From Candidatus Multivoradales bacterium (GTDB taxonomy: Bacteria; Acidobacteriota; Thermoanaerobaculia; Multivoradales; JAHEKO01): a stretch of 64,000 bases of DNA. The notes under the pieces are model-generated. The model searched no databases. It was not told the DNA's origin and worked only from the letters and a program-made list of their open reading frames with translations. The stretch covers positions 2,175,616 to 2,239,615 of the forward strand of contig CBDCYF010000005.1 in the NCBI GenBank assembly GCA_965224065.1, in the 5' to 3' direction. Each line of letters starts with the position of its first letter. Positions within the stretch are counted from its first letter, which is position 1. The position numbers were made by a program, and so were the translations under genes. Positions 1 through 8,432 of this stretch are shown here, in pieces.

Positions 1-255
1 GATCGACTGGCTCCAGCGCTCCACCCGAGCGCCGTCGCTGCGCCAGGCGAGGACGTCCTGCCGCAGCGATTCGAGTGCCTCCACCACCTCGGTCTCGGTC
101 AGGTCGGTGACCGGATCGCGATTGCTCTTCTGGTTGCAGGCTGCGATCAGCGCGTTGACCGTCAGCGGATAGTACTCGGGAGTCGCCTGCTCCTTTTCGA
201 GCAATGCGCCGAGAACCCGAATCTCGACGGTTTCCAAATCGCGCAGGATCTTCAT
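1..255 (-). CDS. YceH/DUF480-family protein, N-terminal fragment (gene continues beyond window start)
   Basis: Reverse-strand ATG at 255-253 gives MKILRDLETVEIRVLGALLEKEQATPEYYPLTVNALIAACNQKSNRDPV..., the conserved N-terminus of DUF480/YceH proteins. Absent from the ORF track because it is truncated by the window edge. Confidence 0.5.
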   Translation of the reverse strand, partial: MKILRDLETVEIRVLGALLEKEQATPEYYPLTVNALIAACNQKSNRDPVTDLTETEVVEALESLRQDVLAWRSDGARVERWSQSI

Positions 256-624
256 CTCCCGCCCAGTCTAGACCGGATAGGGACCTGAAGGCCCGATGCC
301 GCTTACGCCGACCCCAACTACAGCAGCGGATCCTTTCTGGTCGGACCCGGAGATCATCAGATCACCATCGAAGTGCTGCCGGGGAGCTTCCTGGCCGGCC
401 GCGCCTATATCCGGATCGACCCGCCCACCGACCCGCTTTGCGCGGTGGTGCCGACGATGCCCACTGCTGACCTGGTGGCGCTGCTGGCGGCTCTGCTCCT
501 GGCCGGCGGATGGATTCCTGAGAGCCCACCGGACCGGCGCGGCATCCCGGTCCATTCGGGCCTGACCCGCGGGCCGCACACTCGGCCGCGCACCCGGTCT
601 CGCCGATCGGGCTAAAGTCCGAGC

Positions 625-1815
625 GTGACAGACCTGACCCTCCGCGAAGCCCGGCGACTGGCCCTGGTCCGCGCCGGGCTGCTCAAGCCCGAGTGGACCG
701 GGATGCCGCGGCGGGCCTCCGGACAGGGACAGCGGGCGCGGCGCGCGGCACACGCGGTCATCCGCCGCTTCGGCTATCTCCAACTCGACACCATCTCGAT
801 CGCCGGTGCCCGCAGCCACACGATCACTCTGATGTCGAGGCTTTCGGGTTTCGACCCGAGCATGGGCGAGGCCATCTTGCAGCCCGGGGAGCCGTTGTTC
901 GAGTACTGGGGCCACGAGGCGAGCTGGCTGCCGGTCGAGCTCTACCCCACCTTCGAGTTCCGACGCCGCGAGTTTCACCACCATCCCTGGTGGGGCGACG
1001 TGCTGGGAGAGAATCGCGCGCTGGCCAGGCGGCTTTTGAAGCGCGTTCGCGATGAGGGACCTCTGCGCACAGCCGATTTCGAGGGATCGTGCAGCGCCGA
1101 AATGTGGGCGACCAAAGTGGCGAAAAAGATCGCCCTCACCTTTTGGATGCGTGGCGACCTGGCGATCCGCGAGCGCAGAAACTTCCAACGCGTCTTCGAT
1201 CTCACCGAACGGGTGATCCCAGCGGAGCTCCGGCAAGAGAAGATCAAAAGGCCCGAGGCTCTCCGAACGCTCCTGCTGTACGCGCTGGCCGGCCATGGCT
1301 GGGCACAGACCGGCACACTTGCCGCCACCTGGCGGTTGCGAAACTTGCGACCCCAAATCGGCAAGGCGCTGGAGGAGCTACGGGAAGCCGGGGAGATCGT
1401 TCCCTGTGCCGTCCAGTCCGATGGTAAGACACTTGGCGGCTGGATCCGGCCGGCCGATCTGGAGTTGGCCGGCCGGTTGAGGCGTCTGAGGCCGAGACAG
1501 GACGCCGGGGTCCTGCTCTCCCCCTTCGATCCCGTGTTGTGGGACCGCCCGAGAGTCGAGCGTCTCTTCGGGTTTCACCAGGTTCTGGAGATCTACAAAC
1601 CCGCGCCGCAGCGGATCTACGGCTACTACTGTCTGCCGGTCCTCGCCGGCGAACGATTGGTGGCCCGGGTCGATCTCAAGGCCGAGCGCAAGGCGGGTCG
1701 CTTGCACGTGCTGTCCAAACGCTTCGAAATGGACCGTCCCTCGGCGGCCGACCGGGCGGCGGCCCGAAGCGCCCTCGAGCGCTACGCGGCAAGCCTCGAG
1801 CTCAAACTATCCTGA
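625..1815 (+). CDS. winged-helix DNA-binding protein of the YcaQ/AlkZ-like (DUF1006) family
   Basis: 396-aa ORF with motifs FEYWGHEASW and HHHPWWGDVL, characteristic of the YcaQ crosslink-repair glycosylase-like family. Family call from memory. Confidence 0.6.
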   Translation: MTDLTLREARRLALVRAGLLKPEWTGMPRRASGQGQRARRAAHAVIRRFGYLQLDTISIAGARSHTITLMSRLSGFDPSMGEAILQPGEPLFEYWGHEASWLPVELYPTFEFRRREFHHHPWWGDVLGENRALARRLLKRVRDEGPLRTADFEGSCSAEMWATKVAKKIALTFWMRGDLAIRERRNFQRVFDLTERVIPAELRQEKIKRPEALRTLLLYALAGHGWAQTGTLAATWRLRNLRPQIGKALEELREAGEIVPCAVQSDGKTLGGWIRPADLELAGRLRRLRPRQDAGVLLSPFDPVLWDRPRVERLFGFHQVLEIYKPAPQRIYGYYCLPVLAGERLVARVDLKAERKAGRLHVLSKRFEMDRPSAADRAAARSALERYAASLELKLS

Positions 1816-1839
1816 CCCCCGCACCGTGCGGTTTCCATC

Positions 1840-1950
1840 GACGGCTGGCAGGGTCGCCAGCCGCTTCAGCCAGGTACCCGCATGTCGTGCCCCTGAAGCG
1901 GCCGGCGCCCCTGCCGGCCGTTAGGTCCGGCGCCTCTGCCGGCCGTTCAG
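1840..1950. repeat. cluster of GC-rich REP-like hairpin modules (GCTGGC..GCCAGCCGCTTCAG; CTGAAGCGGCCGGC..GCCGGCC)
   Basis: Intergenic between the YcaQ-like and DUF5916 genes. The same GAAGCGGC-stem-loop modules recur in six other intergenic sites in the window. Confidence 0.45.
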
Positions 1951-1998
1951 CCCGCGCTCTGCCACCCCGTCCGAGTTGAGTATGCTCTCGGTCGCGTC

Positions 1999-4218
1999 AT
2001 GATCCGCTTTGATCCTCGATTCCTCCTCGCGGCCCTGGCGATTCCCGGATCGCTGACCGCGCAAACGGGGACGCCCACCGACGGTGGGCAAAGCCGTCCG
2101 ATCGCCGCCGCGGTCCGGCTGAGCGACACTCCCATCCTCGACGGCGAGGTTGCCGGCGACCCGGCGTGGTCCGGCGCGCCCGCAGCCACGAATTTCGTGC
2201 AGAACACACCGGATGAGGGCGAGCCCGCGACCGAACGCACCGAGGTCTACATCGGCTACACCGACAGCACGCTCTATCTCGGTGTCATCTGCCACGATCG
2301 TGATCCGGCCGGGATTATCGTGGCCGACAGCCGCCGGGACTCCTCGCTCGCCGACACCGACAGCTTCCAGGTGATCTTCGACACCTACCTGGACGGCCAG
2401 AGCGGGTTTGTCTTTGGCACCAACCCGGCCGGGGTCGAATTCGACGGTCAAGTGACCGGAGCCGTGGAGGGCGGCATGAGCTCGGGAAACACACTCAACC
2501 GCAACTGGGACGCCGCTTGGGAAGTGGAAGCTACCACCTCGACAACCGGTTGGAGCGCCGAGCTCGCCATCCCGTTTCGGTCCCTGCGCTTTCCGCCGGG
2601 CAACGAGCAGACCTGGGGAGTCAATTTCCAGCGCAACATCCGGCGCCGCAACGAGATCGCTCACTGGGCGCCGCTCGGGCGCCAGTTCAACCTCTACTGG
2701 GTGTCAGAAGCCGGGCGTCTCGAGGGGGTCGAGCCGCCCAAGCAACGCAATCTGCAGCTCATCCCCTACGCACTCGCCGACGCGACAAGGCGGCCGATCG
2801 CCACTGCAGACGGCTTCGCGACCGAGACCACCGAAGACGCCGACGGTGGTTTCGACCTCAAATACTCCATCACCCCCAGCTTGACCCTGGACGCCACGAT
2901 CAACACCGACTTCGCACAGGTCGAGGCCGACGAGCAGCAGATCAATCTCGACCGGTTCAACCTCTTTTTTCCCGAGAAGCGGCCGTTCTTTCTGGAGAAC
3001 GCGGGTCTCTTTTCGGTGGGCGTCCCCGGGGAGCTACAACTTTTCTTCAGCCGCCGGATCGGACTGGGCCCGCAGGGACGGGAGATTCCGATCGACGGTG
3101 GCCTCCGCCTCTCCGGCAAGCTCGGCCGCAACAACGTCGGGCTCTTGGCCATGAGGGTCGAGGAGTCAGAAGGCCTGACGGCGCGCAACGATTTCACCGT
3201 GGCCCGCTACAGCCGCGATTTGCCCAACCGCTCGTCCATCGGCGCGATGCTCGTCAGCCGCGGTGGCGGTGGGTCACTCGCCGGCCCGGACGACACCAAC
3301 CGCACGTTCGCAATCGACGGCCAATGGGGAATCGGAAAGTACGGCCAGATCCTCGGCTTTGTCGCCCAGACCGACACGCCGGGGGTCAACGGGGATGACC
3401 ACGCCTACCGGGTTGGTGGCCGCTACGACTCCGACACTTGGATTGCCTCGGTCAACTACACTGAAGTCGCCGAGAGCTTTAACCCCGAGGTCGGATTTCT
3501 GAGCCGTCGCGGCTACCGCAAGCCTGACGTTTTCGCGCTCTACCGCATTCGTCCCGAGAAACTCTGGGGGCTTCACGAGCTGCGCCCACATATCTCGTAT
3601 TCGGGGTTCTGGGACTTCGACGACTTTCAGGAAACCGGGTTTTTGCACGTCGACAACCACTGGGAGTGGAAAAACGGTTTCGAAGTCCACACCGGCGTCA
3701 ACTTCCGTCACGAAGGCGTCAAGGAGCCCTTCGAGATCTTCCCCGGCGTGGTCGTGCCCGCCGCGACCTACAAGGACGACGAGGTTCAGCTCGTCTTTCA
3801 GACCAACGAGGCGAAAGCGCTGGCGTTCGAAACGCGGCTCACCGTCGGCGGCTTCTTTGGCGGCGACCGGGTCCGTCTCACGCCCGAGCTGGAGTTCCGC
3901 ATCCGCGAGCGCTTCAACGGCGAGCTCGAATGGGACTACAACGACATCGAGCTGTCGGGTGGCGCCTTCGAGACCAACCTCGGCCGGCTGCGGCTCAACT
4001 ATTCTTTTACGCCGCGAATCTTTGTCCAGACACTGGTGCAGTACAACGACCGGGCCGATGCCTGGGCGACCAATTTGCGTTTTGCCTGGCTCCAGCAGGC
4101 CAACACGGGTCTTTTTGTCGTCTACGACGAGGTGCGCGACATCGGCTCCACAGGGATCGGGATTCCCGGACGCAGCCTGATCGTCAAGTACAGCCGGTTG
4201 GTCGATTTGCTGCGGTAG
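1999..4218 (+). CDS. secreted CBM9-like/DUF5916-type beta-rich protein (putative hydrolase or binding protein)
   Basis: 739 aa with N-terminal signal peptide MIRFDPRFLLAALAIPGSLTAQ. Overall architecture resembles carbohydrate-binding-family-9-like N-domain proteins with a DUF5916 C-domain. Function unknown. Confidence 0.5.
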   Translation: MIRFDPRFLLAALAIPGSLTAQTGTPTDGGQSRPIAAAVRLSDTPILDGEVAGDPAWSGAPAATNFVQNTPDEGEPATERTEVYIGYTDSTLYLGVICHDRDPAGIIVADSRRDSSLADTDSFQVIFDTYLDGQSGFVFGTNPAGVEFDGQVTGAVEGGMSSGNTLNRNWDAAWEVEATTSTTGWSAELAIPFRSLRFPPGNEQTWGVNFQRNIRRRNEIAHWAPLGRQFNLYWVSEAGRLEGVEPPKQRNLQLIPYALADATRRPIATADGFATETTEDADGGFDLKYSITPSLTLDATINTDFAQVEADEQQINLDRFNLFFPEKRPFFLENAGLFSVGVPGELQLFFSRRIGLGPQGREIPIDGGLRLSGKLGRNNVGLLAMRVEESEGLTARNDFTVARYSRDLPNRSSIGAMLVSRGGGGSLAGPDDTNRTFAIDGQWGIGKYGQILGFVAQTDTPGVNGDDHAYRVGGRYDSDTWIASVNYTEVAESFNPEVGFLSRRGYRKPDVFALYRIRPEKLWGLHELRPHISYSGFWDFDDFQETGFLHVDNHWEWKNGFEVHTGVNFRHEGVKEPFEIFPGVVVPAATYKDDEVQLVFQTNEAKALAFETRLTVGGFFGGDRVRLTPELEFRIRERFNGELEWDYNDIELSGGAFETNLGRLRLNYSFTPRIFVQTLVQYNDRADAWATNLRFAWLQQANTGLFVVYDEVRDIGSTGIGIPGRSLIVKYSRLVDLLR

Positions 4219-4468
4219 AGAGGGCGCGCACAAGGGCTGCCGGAGCGGCGCCGATTGACGGCCACGTCACAGGCGGTCCTCTTTTGCTCCCAACGGCAAC
4301 GGCCAGCCGCGGGTCGAAAGCGGCTACTGTGACGCGCACGACACGGAAGGAAAAGATTACTGTAAACATGACAAGGTTGGCGGTGCCACCGAGCGGCTAC
4401 ACCTCGCCGACTTACTTTCCAAAGGGGAAAAACTTGTTGCCTTTTACAGTGATGGACACCCGGCGTCC

Positions 4469-5770
4469 ATGGGGCTCTGCAGCATGATTCGACGATTGGA
4501 GGCAGAAGAGCTACAGGCTTTTGTCGATGCCATTGCGGCCAGCGTCGCCGTTCTGGAGCACGACCCCACCGGGCACCATCTCGTCCGCGTCTGCAACGAT
4601 CGGTTTCGGCAAATGGTCGAGGGTGGAAGTCCTTTGACCCGAACGACCCCCTTTGCGTTGAAAGACCTGCTGCCCGGCTATGCCCGGCGTCCCTTTGCCG
4701 AGGCCATCGACAACTGCTACAACACCACGGAACCGTTGGAATTCGAGCAGGTCTACGACCTGCGCGACGGCACACGCTGGTGGCGCTACACGGCTACGCC
4801 GGTCCTCGAGCCCTCCAACGAAATGTACCGGGTTCTGTTGACGGGTCTCGACATCACGTCAAAGATCGAGCTGGAGCACGAGCTGCGATTCACCAGCTCC
4901 CGTTTCGCCTCAGTGATCGCCGCGGCCTACGACGGTATCGTGACGATTGACCAGCGGGCTCGGATCACGCTGTTCAACCAGGCCGCCGAGCAACTCTTCG
5001 GCTACTCGGAAGAGGAGCTTCTCGGTCAACACCTCAACGTCCTCTTGCCCGAGGACAATCGAGAACACCACGACGCCTACATCGACCAGTTTGGCCGCTC
5101 ACCGGTGCCGTCGCGGCAGATGGACGAGCGCGGGCGGATCTTTGGCCGTCACAAAGACGGAACCGTATTCCCCGTCGAGATCGCGATCTCGAAGATCAAC
5201 GTCGGCGGCTTGATCGAGTTCACGGCGATCATCCGCGACATCAGCGACCGCGTTCGTCTGATGGACATTCTCGAGCAGCAGGCCAAGCTCGACCCGCTGA
5301 CCGGGGTACCCAACCGCCGGGAATTCCGCGAACAGGGCGAGCCGGCGTTCCAGCAGGCTCAGCCCGGCGCGTTCTCACTGCTCATTCTGGATGTGGACCG
5401 TTTCAAGAACATCAACGACACGCACGGGCACGACCGGGGCGACGATGTCTTGCGAGCGCTAGCCGCCACCGCCGCCTCGACCGTCCGCCACCTCGACGTC
5501 TTCGCCCGCTTGGGCGGCGAGGAGTTCGCGGTCTTGATGCCGGACACCGGTGACACGCAGGCCTCCGCTACGGCCGAACGCATCCGGCGGATCTACGACG
5601 AGCAGGCCTTCGAGCATGAGTGGAACGGTGAGCCGATCCCCTTTACCGTCAGTGTCGGGGTGGCGACCAAGACAGAAAGCGACGCCGATTTCGACGCGTT
5701 GCTCAAGCGTGCCGACACGGCGCTCTACCGGGCCAAGGAGTCGGGGAGAAACCGGGTCGAGGTGGACTAG
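4469..5770 (+). CDS. PAS-domain sensor diguanylate cyclase (GGDEF)
   Basis: 433 aa. Two PAS-like segments followed by a GGDEF domain with an intact RLGGEEFAVLMPD active site and an RHLD I-site-like motif 5 aa upstream. Confidence 0.85.
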   Translation: MGLCSMIRRLEAEELQAFVDAIAASVAVLEHDPTGHHLVRVCNDRFRQMVEGGSPLTRTTPFALKDLLPGYARRPFAEAIDNCYNTTEPLEFEQVYDLRDGTRWWRYTATPVLEPSNEMYRVLLTGLDITSKIELEHELRFTSSRFASVIAAAYDGIVTIDQRARITLFNQAAEQLFGYSEEELLGQHLNVLLPEDNREHHDAYIDQFGRSPVPSRQMDERGRIFGRHKDGTVFPVEIAISKINVGGLIEFTAIIRDISDRVRLMDILEQQAKLDPLTGVPNRREFREQGEPAFQQAQPGAFSLLILDVDRFKNINDTHGHDRGDDVLRALAATAASTVRHLDVFARLGGEEFAVLMPDTGDTQASATAERIRRIYDEQAFEHEWNGEPIPFTVSVGVATKTESDADFDALLKRADTALYRAKESGRNRVEVD

Positions 5771-6129
5771 TCGGAGCCGCCGAGGATCTCTCGGATCGAG
5801 GACGCGTCGTAAAAGCCCCGGATCTCCTGGATGGCATCTCCCTCGACACGGACCCAGTCACAGGCTTCGACCACGCCTTTTGGGGTCGTGTTCTCGTACA
5901 GGACCGCCGCCTGATTCCCGCTGGCGATCACATCCTTGACCGAAAGCTCCGACACGCTCTTGCGCGCCATCGGCTCGACCTCGGCGAGGTAGTTGTCGCG
6001 GCCGTCGTATCGCCCCAAGGGACTAACGTGGACAAAGTCGGGGGCCAGCCGCTGCCGAAGCCATTCCATGTCGTACTTGGCCCATGCCTCGATCCAACCT
6101 ACGGCCAACTCTGCGGTGCGTTCACTCAT
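5767..6129 (-). CDS. SnoaL-like/NTF2-fold small protein
   Basis: ORF 5767..6438 trimmed to the internal ATG at 6129-6127 gives a 120-aa protein, MSERTAELAVGWIEAWAKYDMEWLRQRL..., with an NTF2/SnoaL-like pattern. Shares a palindromic CTAG stop (5767-5770) with the convergent GGDEF gene. Confidence 0.5.
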   Translation of the reverse strand: MSERTAELAVGWIEAWAKYDMEWLRQRLAPDFVHVSPLGRYDGRDNYLAEVEPMARKSVSELSVKDVIASGNQAAVLYENTTPKGVVEACDWVRVEGDAIQEIRGFYDASSIREILGGSD

Positions 6130-6167
6130 CGCCGATCTCCTTTCTTGGTTGGTAGCCCGACCCGTGG

Positions 6168-6923
6168 TCAGAGCCGCCGGTAGCGTGCCGGATCGGCGGC
6201 GAGGATCAGCAGATCGCCGCGGCGGCGAACCTGTCCGGTGATCTCGACCGGCTCGGCGACAAAGTCGAGTACCCGGTCGTTGACGGCAGCGCCGTCCTCG
6301 TCGGTGAGCAGAAAATGACGGTAGTCCCCGTCCGCGGTCTCGACCCTCAAGACCGGAGGGATGCCCCCGCTGATACAGCGGGTGGCGCAGGCGCGGTGGG
6401 GCTTGCCGCGGCCGGGCTTCATCACCCCCAGAAAACACTTGCTGTCGACGATCTCGCCGCGCAGGGTCCGGCGGCCGAGATCGACCACGGCCTGGCGGCT
6501 CGCCTGCCTCTGCTCGAGCGGTTCGACGCTGCCCGCGACCATTTCGATCATGTGCTCGCCTTCGCGGTAGATGAGCGAGCCCCGGAGGCGTACCCGCTGC
6601 CCCTCGAGCCCCCCGGTCTCGGGCTCAGCGCCGTGCTTGCCAAAAGCGACGAGCAGGAACCGCGCGGCGGTCGTCTCTCCGAGCTGCACCGGGGCATCGA
6701 GCAGGAGCACCGGGTGCGGCCGCTCGCTCACGACGCCTTCGAAATCGCGAACCACCCCGAACTCGAAGACCCCGGGATCGAAGCGGTCCTGCAAGACGGC
6801 CAGTGCCGCCGCGACGCCCGCTCCGGCCACCAGCAGCAAAACGACGACACGCCGTAGAAAGCCCGCCAGCCCGGCCGGGGCCTGTTTCTGATAGCCGACA
6901 TAGAAGTCGTCGCGGCCGCTCAT
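6168..6923 (-). CDS. hypothetical membrane-anchored protein (one N-terminal TM helix); last gene of the Rieske operon
   Basis: ATG at 6923-6921 overlaps the upstream stop (ATGA). MSGRDDFYVGYQKQAPAGLAGFLRRVVVLLLVAGAGVAAALAVL..., Cys-containing C-terminal region. No family recognised. Confidence 0.45.
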   Translation of the reverse strand: MSGRDDFYVGYQKQAPAGLAGFLRRVVVLLLVAGAGVAAALAVLQDRFDPGVFEFGVVRDFEGVVSERPHPVLLLDAPVQLGETTAARFLLVAFGKHGAEPETGGLEGQRVRLRGSLIYREGEHMIEMVAGSVEPLEQRQASRQAVVDLGRRTLRGEIVDSKCFLGVMKPGRGKPHRACATRCISGGIPPVLRVETADGDYRHFLLTDEDGAAVNDRVLDFVAEPVEITGQVRRRGDLLILAADPARYRRL

Positions 6924-7978
6924 CGGGTGCCTTCCTGAGCCGCGCCGATCGTCGCCGGCTCGACCGGGGTTCCTGCCGGGTTGGGCCGCGGATGGACCAG
7001 CACGCGATCCCCTTCGACTCGCACGCGGAAGGTCGGGACCTTCTCGGTAAACGGAGGCGGTGAAGAGCCGTTCTCCGGCCGGTACTGGAACCCGTGCCAG
7101 GGGCAGGTAATGCATCCGTCGATGATCCTGCCCTCGCCGAGCGGGCCATTCTGATGCTGACAGACATTCGAGACCACCGAGATCTTGCCGTCGTAGCGAA
7201 AGACCGCCACCCGCTCGCCCGCCAGGCAGACGATACGAGCACGCTTCTCGGCGATGTCACCCACCCGGCAGGCTTCGACATAGCCATCCGCGTCTCCAGC
7301 CGCCTGAAGCTCGCGGTCGCCGGCGCGCTCGCGCCAGCCCGCCACCAGATGGAGTCCGAGCACCCAGACCAGACCCAGCCCAAGCAGGCCGGCCAACACC
7401 GGGTGCCGCTCGGATTGCAGTACGCCGAGCGCCACGTGGAGCACGATCAGCCCGTAGGCAACGTAGACCATCATATGGAGCGTCTTCCACACCGGCGCCG
7501 TCAGGTTGGCGAGCCAGAAATCGTGGCTGGTCGCGGCCATCAAGAAGAGGATCGCCAGCGCCGCCAGCCCCAGCGGCTGGAACGGAAACTGCGCCAGATC
7601 CCCCCAGCGACCGTTCGAGGTCAAGACGCTCACCAGCGGGTTGACGTCGCCGAGAGCGTGAAACTGGAAGATCGAAAAACCGCCGTGGACGAGCGCGAGA
7701 AAGAACAGAGTCACGCCCATGTGGCGGCGGTTGTAGAGCAGCGGCAGAAAGCGCGTGTCGAGCCGGCAAAGCGGGCCGATCGAAAGAATGACATGGAGCA
7801 GCAGCAGCGCCGCAGTGCCGAAGGCGCGGATGAGAAGCGTTTCGACGGTGGCGTTGGGACGCGCCAGCGCCCCCAGTCCCACAAACACCACCAGATACAG
7901 GAGCACCCCGGCGAGAAGCGCGCGGTCGTAGATCTTCTTCTGCCGGTTCCAGCCGACAAACCGGTAAGCGTGGCTCAT
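6920..7978 (-). CDS. membrane di-heme-b (ferric-reductase/MsrQ-like) domain fused to a C-terminal Rieske [2Fe-2S] domain
   Basis: 352 aa. N-terminal ~220 aa carry multiple TM helices with conserved His (LLLHVILS, LALVHGGFSIFQFH, ATSHDFW, IVLHVALG), resembling the Ferric_reduct heme-b domain. C-terminal CQHQNGPLGEG...CITCPWHGFQY is a Rieske CxH...CxxH motif. Confidence 0.65.
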   Translation of the reverse strand: MSHAYRFVGWNRQKKIYDRALLAGVLLYLVVFVGLGALARPNATVETLLIRAFGTAALLLLHVILSIGPLCRLDTRFLPLLYNRRHMGVTLFFLALVHGGFSIFQFHALGDVNPLVSVLTSNGRWGDLAQFPFQPLGLAALAILFLMAATSHDFWLANLTAPVWKTLHMMVYVAYGLIVLHVALGVLQSERHPVLAGLLGLGLVWVLGLHLVAGWRERAGDRELQAAGDADGYVEACRVGDIAEKRARIVCLAGERVAVFRYDGKISVVSNVCQHQNGPLGEGRIIDGCITCPWHGFQYRPENGSSPPPFTEKVPTFRVRVEGDRVLVHPRPNPAGTPVEPATIGAAQEGTR

Positions 7979-8112
7979 CGCTGGGCCTCGACTAAGTTCT
8001 CTTCATACGGGCGCTCGGGCCTGGCCGCCAGCGCCGCGAGAAAAAGCACCAGGGCCACCACCGCGATGATCGCCACCAGCCAGAAATGGCGTCGGCGCAG
8101 CGGCCGGATCAC
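7975..8112 (-). CDS. putative small single-TM protein (45 aa, GTG start)
   Basis: GTG at 8112-8110 overlaps the TGA of the upstream ORF (GTGA). VIRPLRRRHFWLVAIIAVVALVLFLAALAARPERPYEENLVEAQR. Stop overlaps the start of the downstream membrane-Rieske gene. Confidence 0.25.
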   Translation of the reverse strand: MIRPLRRRHFWLVAIIAVVALVLFLAALAARPERPYEENLVEAQR

Positions 8113-8402
8113 CGCCGCGTCTCCTTGTGCGACGAAAAGACCGGCCGGCCGGAGCGCGTGAGGTCTCGGTGAGGGTTGCGCTCTTCCGGGGGCGACGCGC
8201 CCCGAATCCACCGCCGCGCCAGCAGCGGCCACAAGGCCGCGGTCGCGGGCAAGATCGCCAGCCGGAACCCCCAGCTACCGCCCACGGCCTGCGGGTCGAT
8301 CCGCTGAGCGCCGCGGATCACAAAGGCAATCCCAAAGAGGAGACCTATGCCCAGGTACACGCCGGTTACGAGTAGCAGCCAACTCGCGATTGTCTCGGTC
8401 AT
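8109..8402 (-). CDS. putative small 2-TM membrane protein
   Basis: MTETIASWLLLVTGVYLGIGLLFGIAFVIRGAQRIDPQAVGGSWGFRLAILPATAALWPLLARRW... The C-terminal tail is low complexity, so the true end or frame is uncertain. Confidence 0.3.
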   Translation of the reverse strand: MTETIASWLLLVTGVYLGIGLLFGIAFVIRGAQRIDPQAVGGSWGFRLAILPATAALWPLLARRWIRGASPPEERNPHRDLTRSGRPVFSSHKETRR

Positions 8403-8432
8403 CTGTTCCGCCGGTTTTGGAGGTTCACGCCT

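Noticed and set aside
268-1356. 362-aa minus-strand ORF
   Set aside because: Overlaps the well-supported YcaQ-like gene on the opposite strand. Ala/Arg/Gly-rich translation typical of antisense ORFs in high-GC DNA.
3274-4233. 319-aa minus-strand ORF
   Set aside because: Antisense to the DUF5916 gene.
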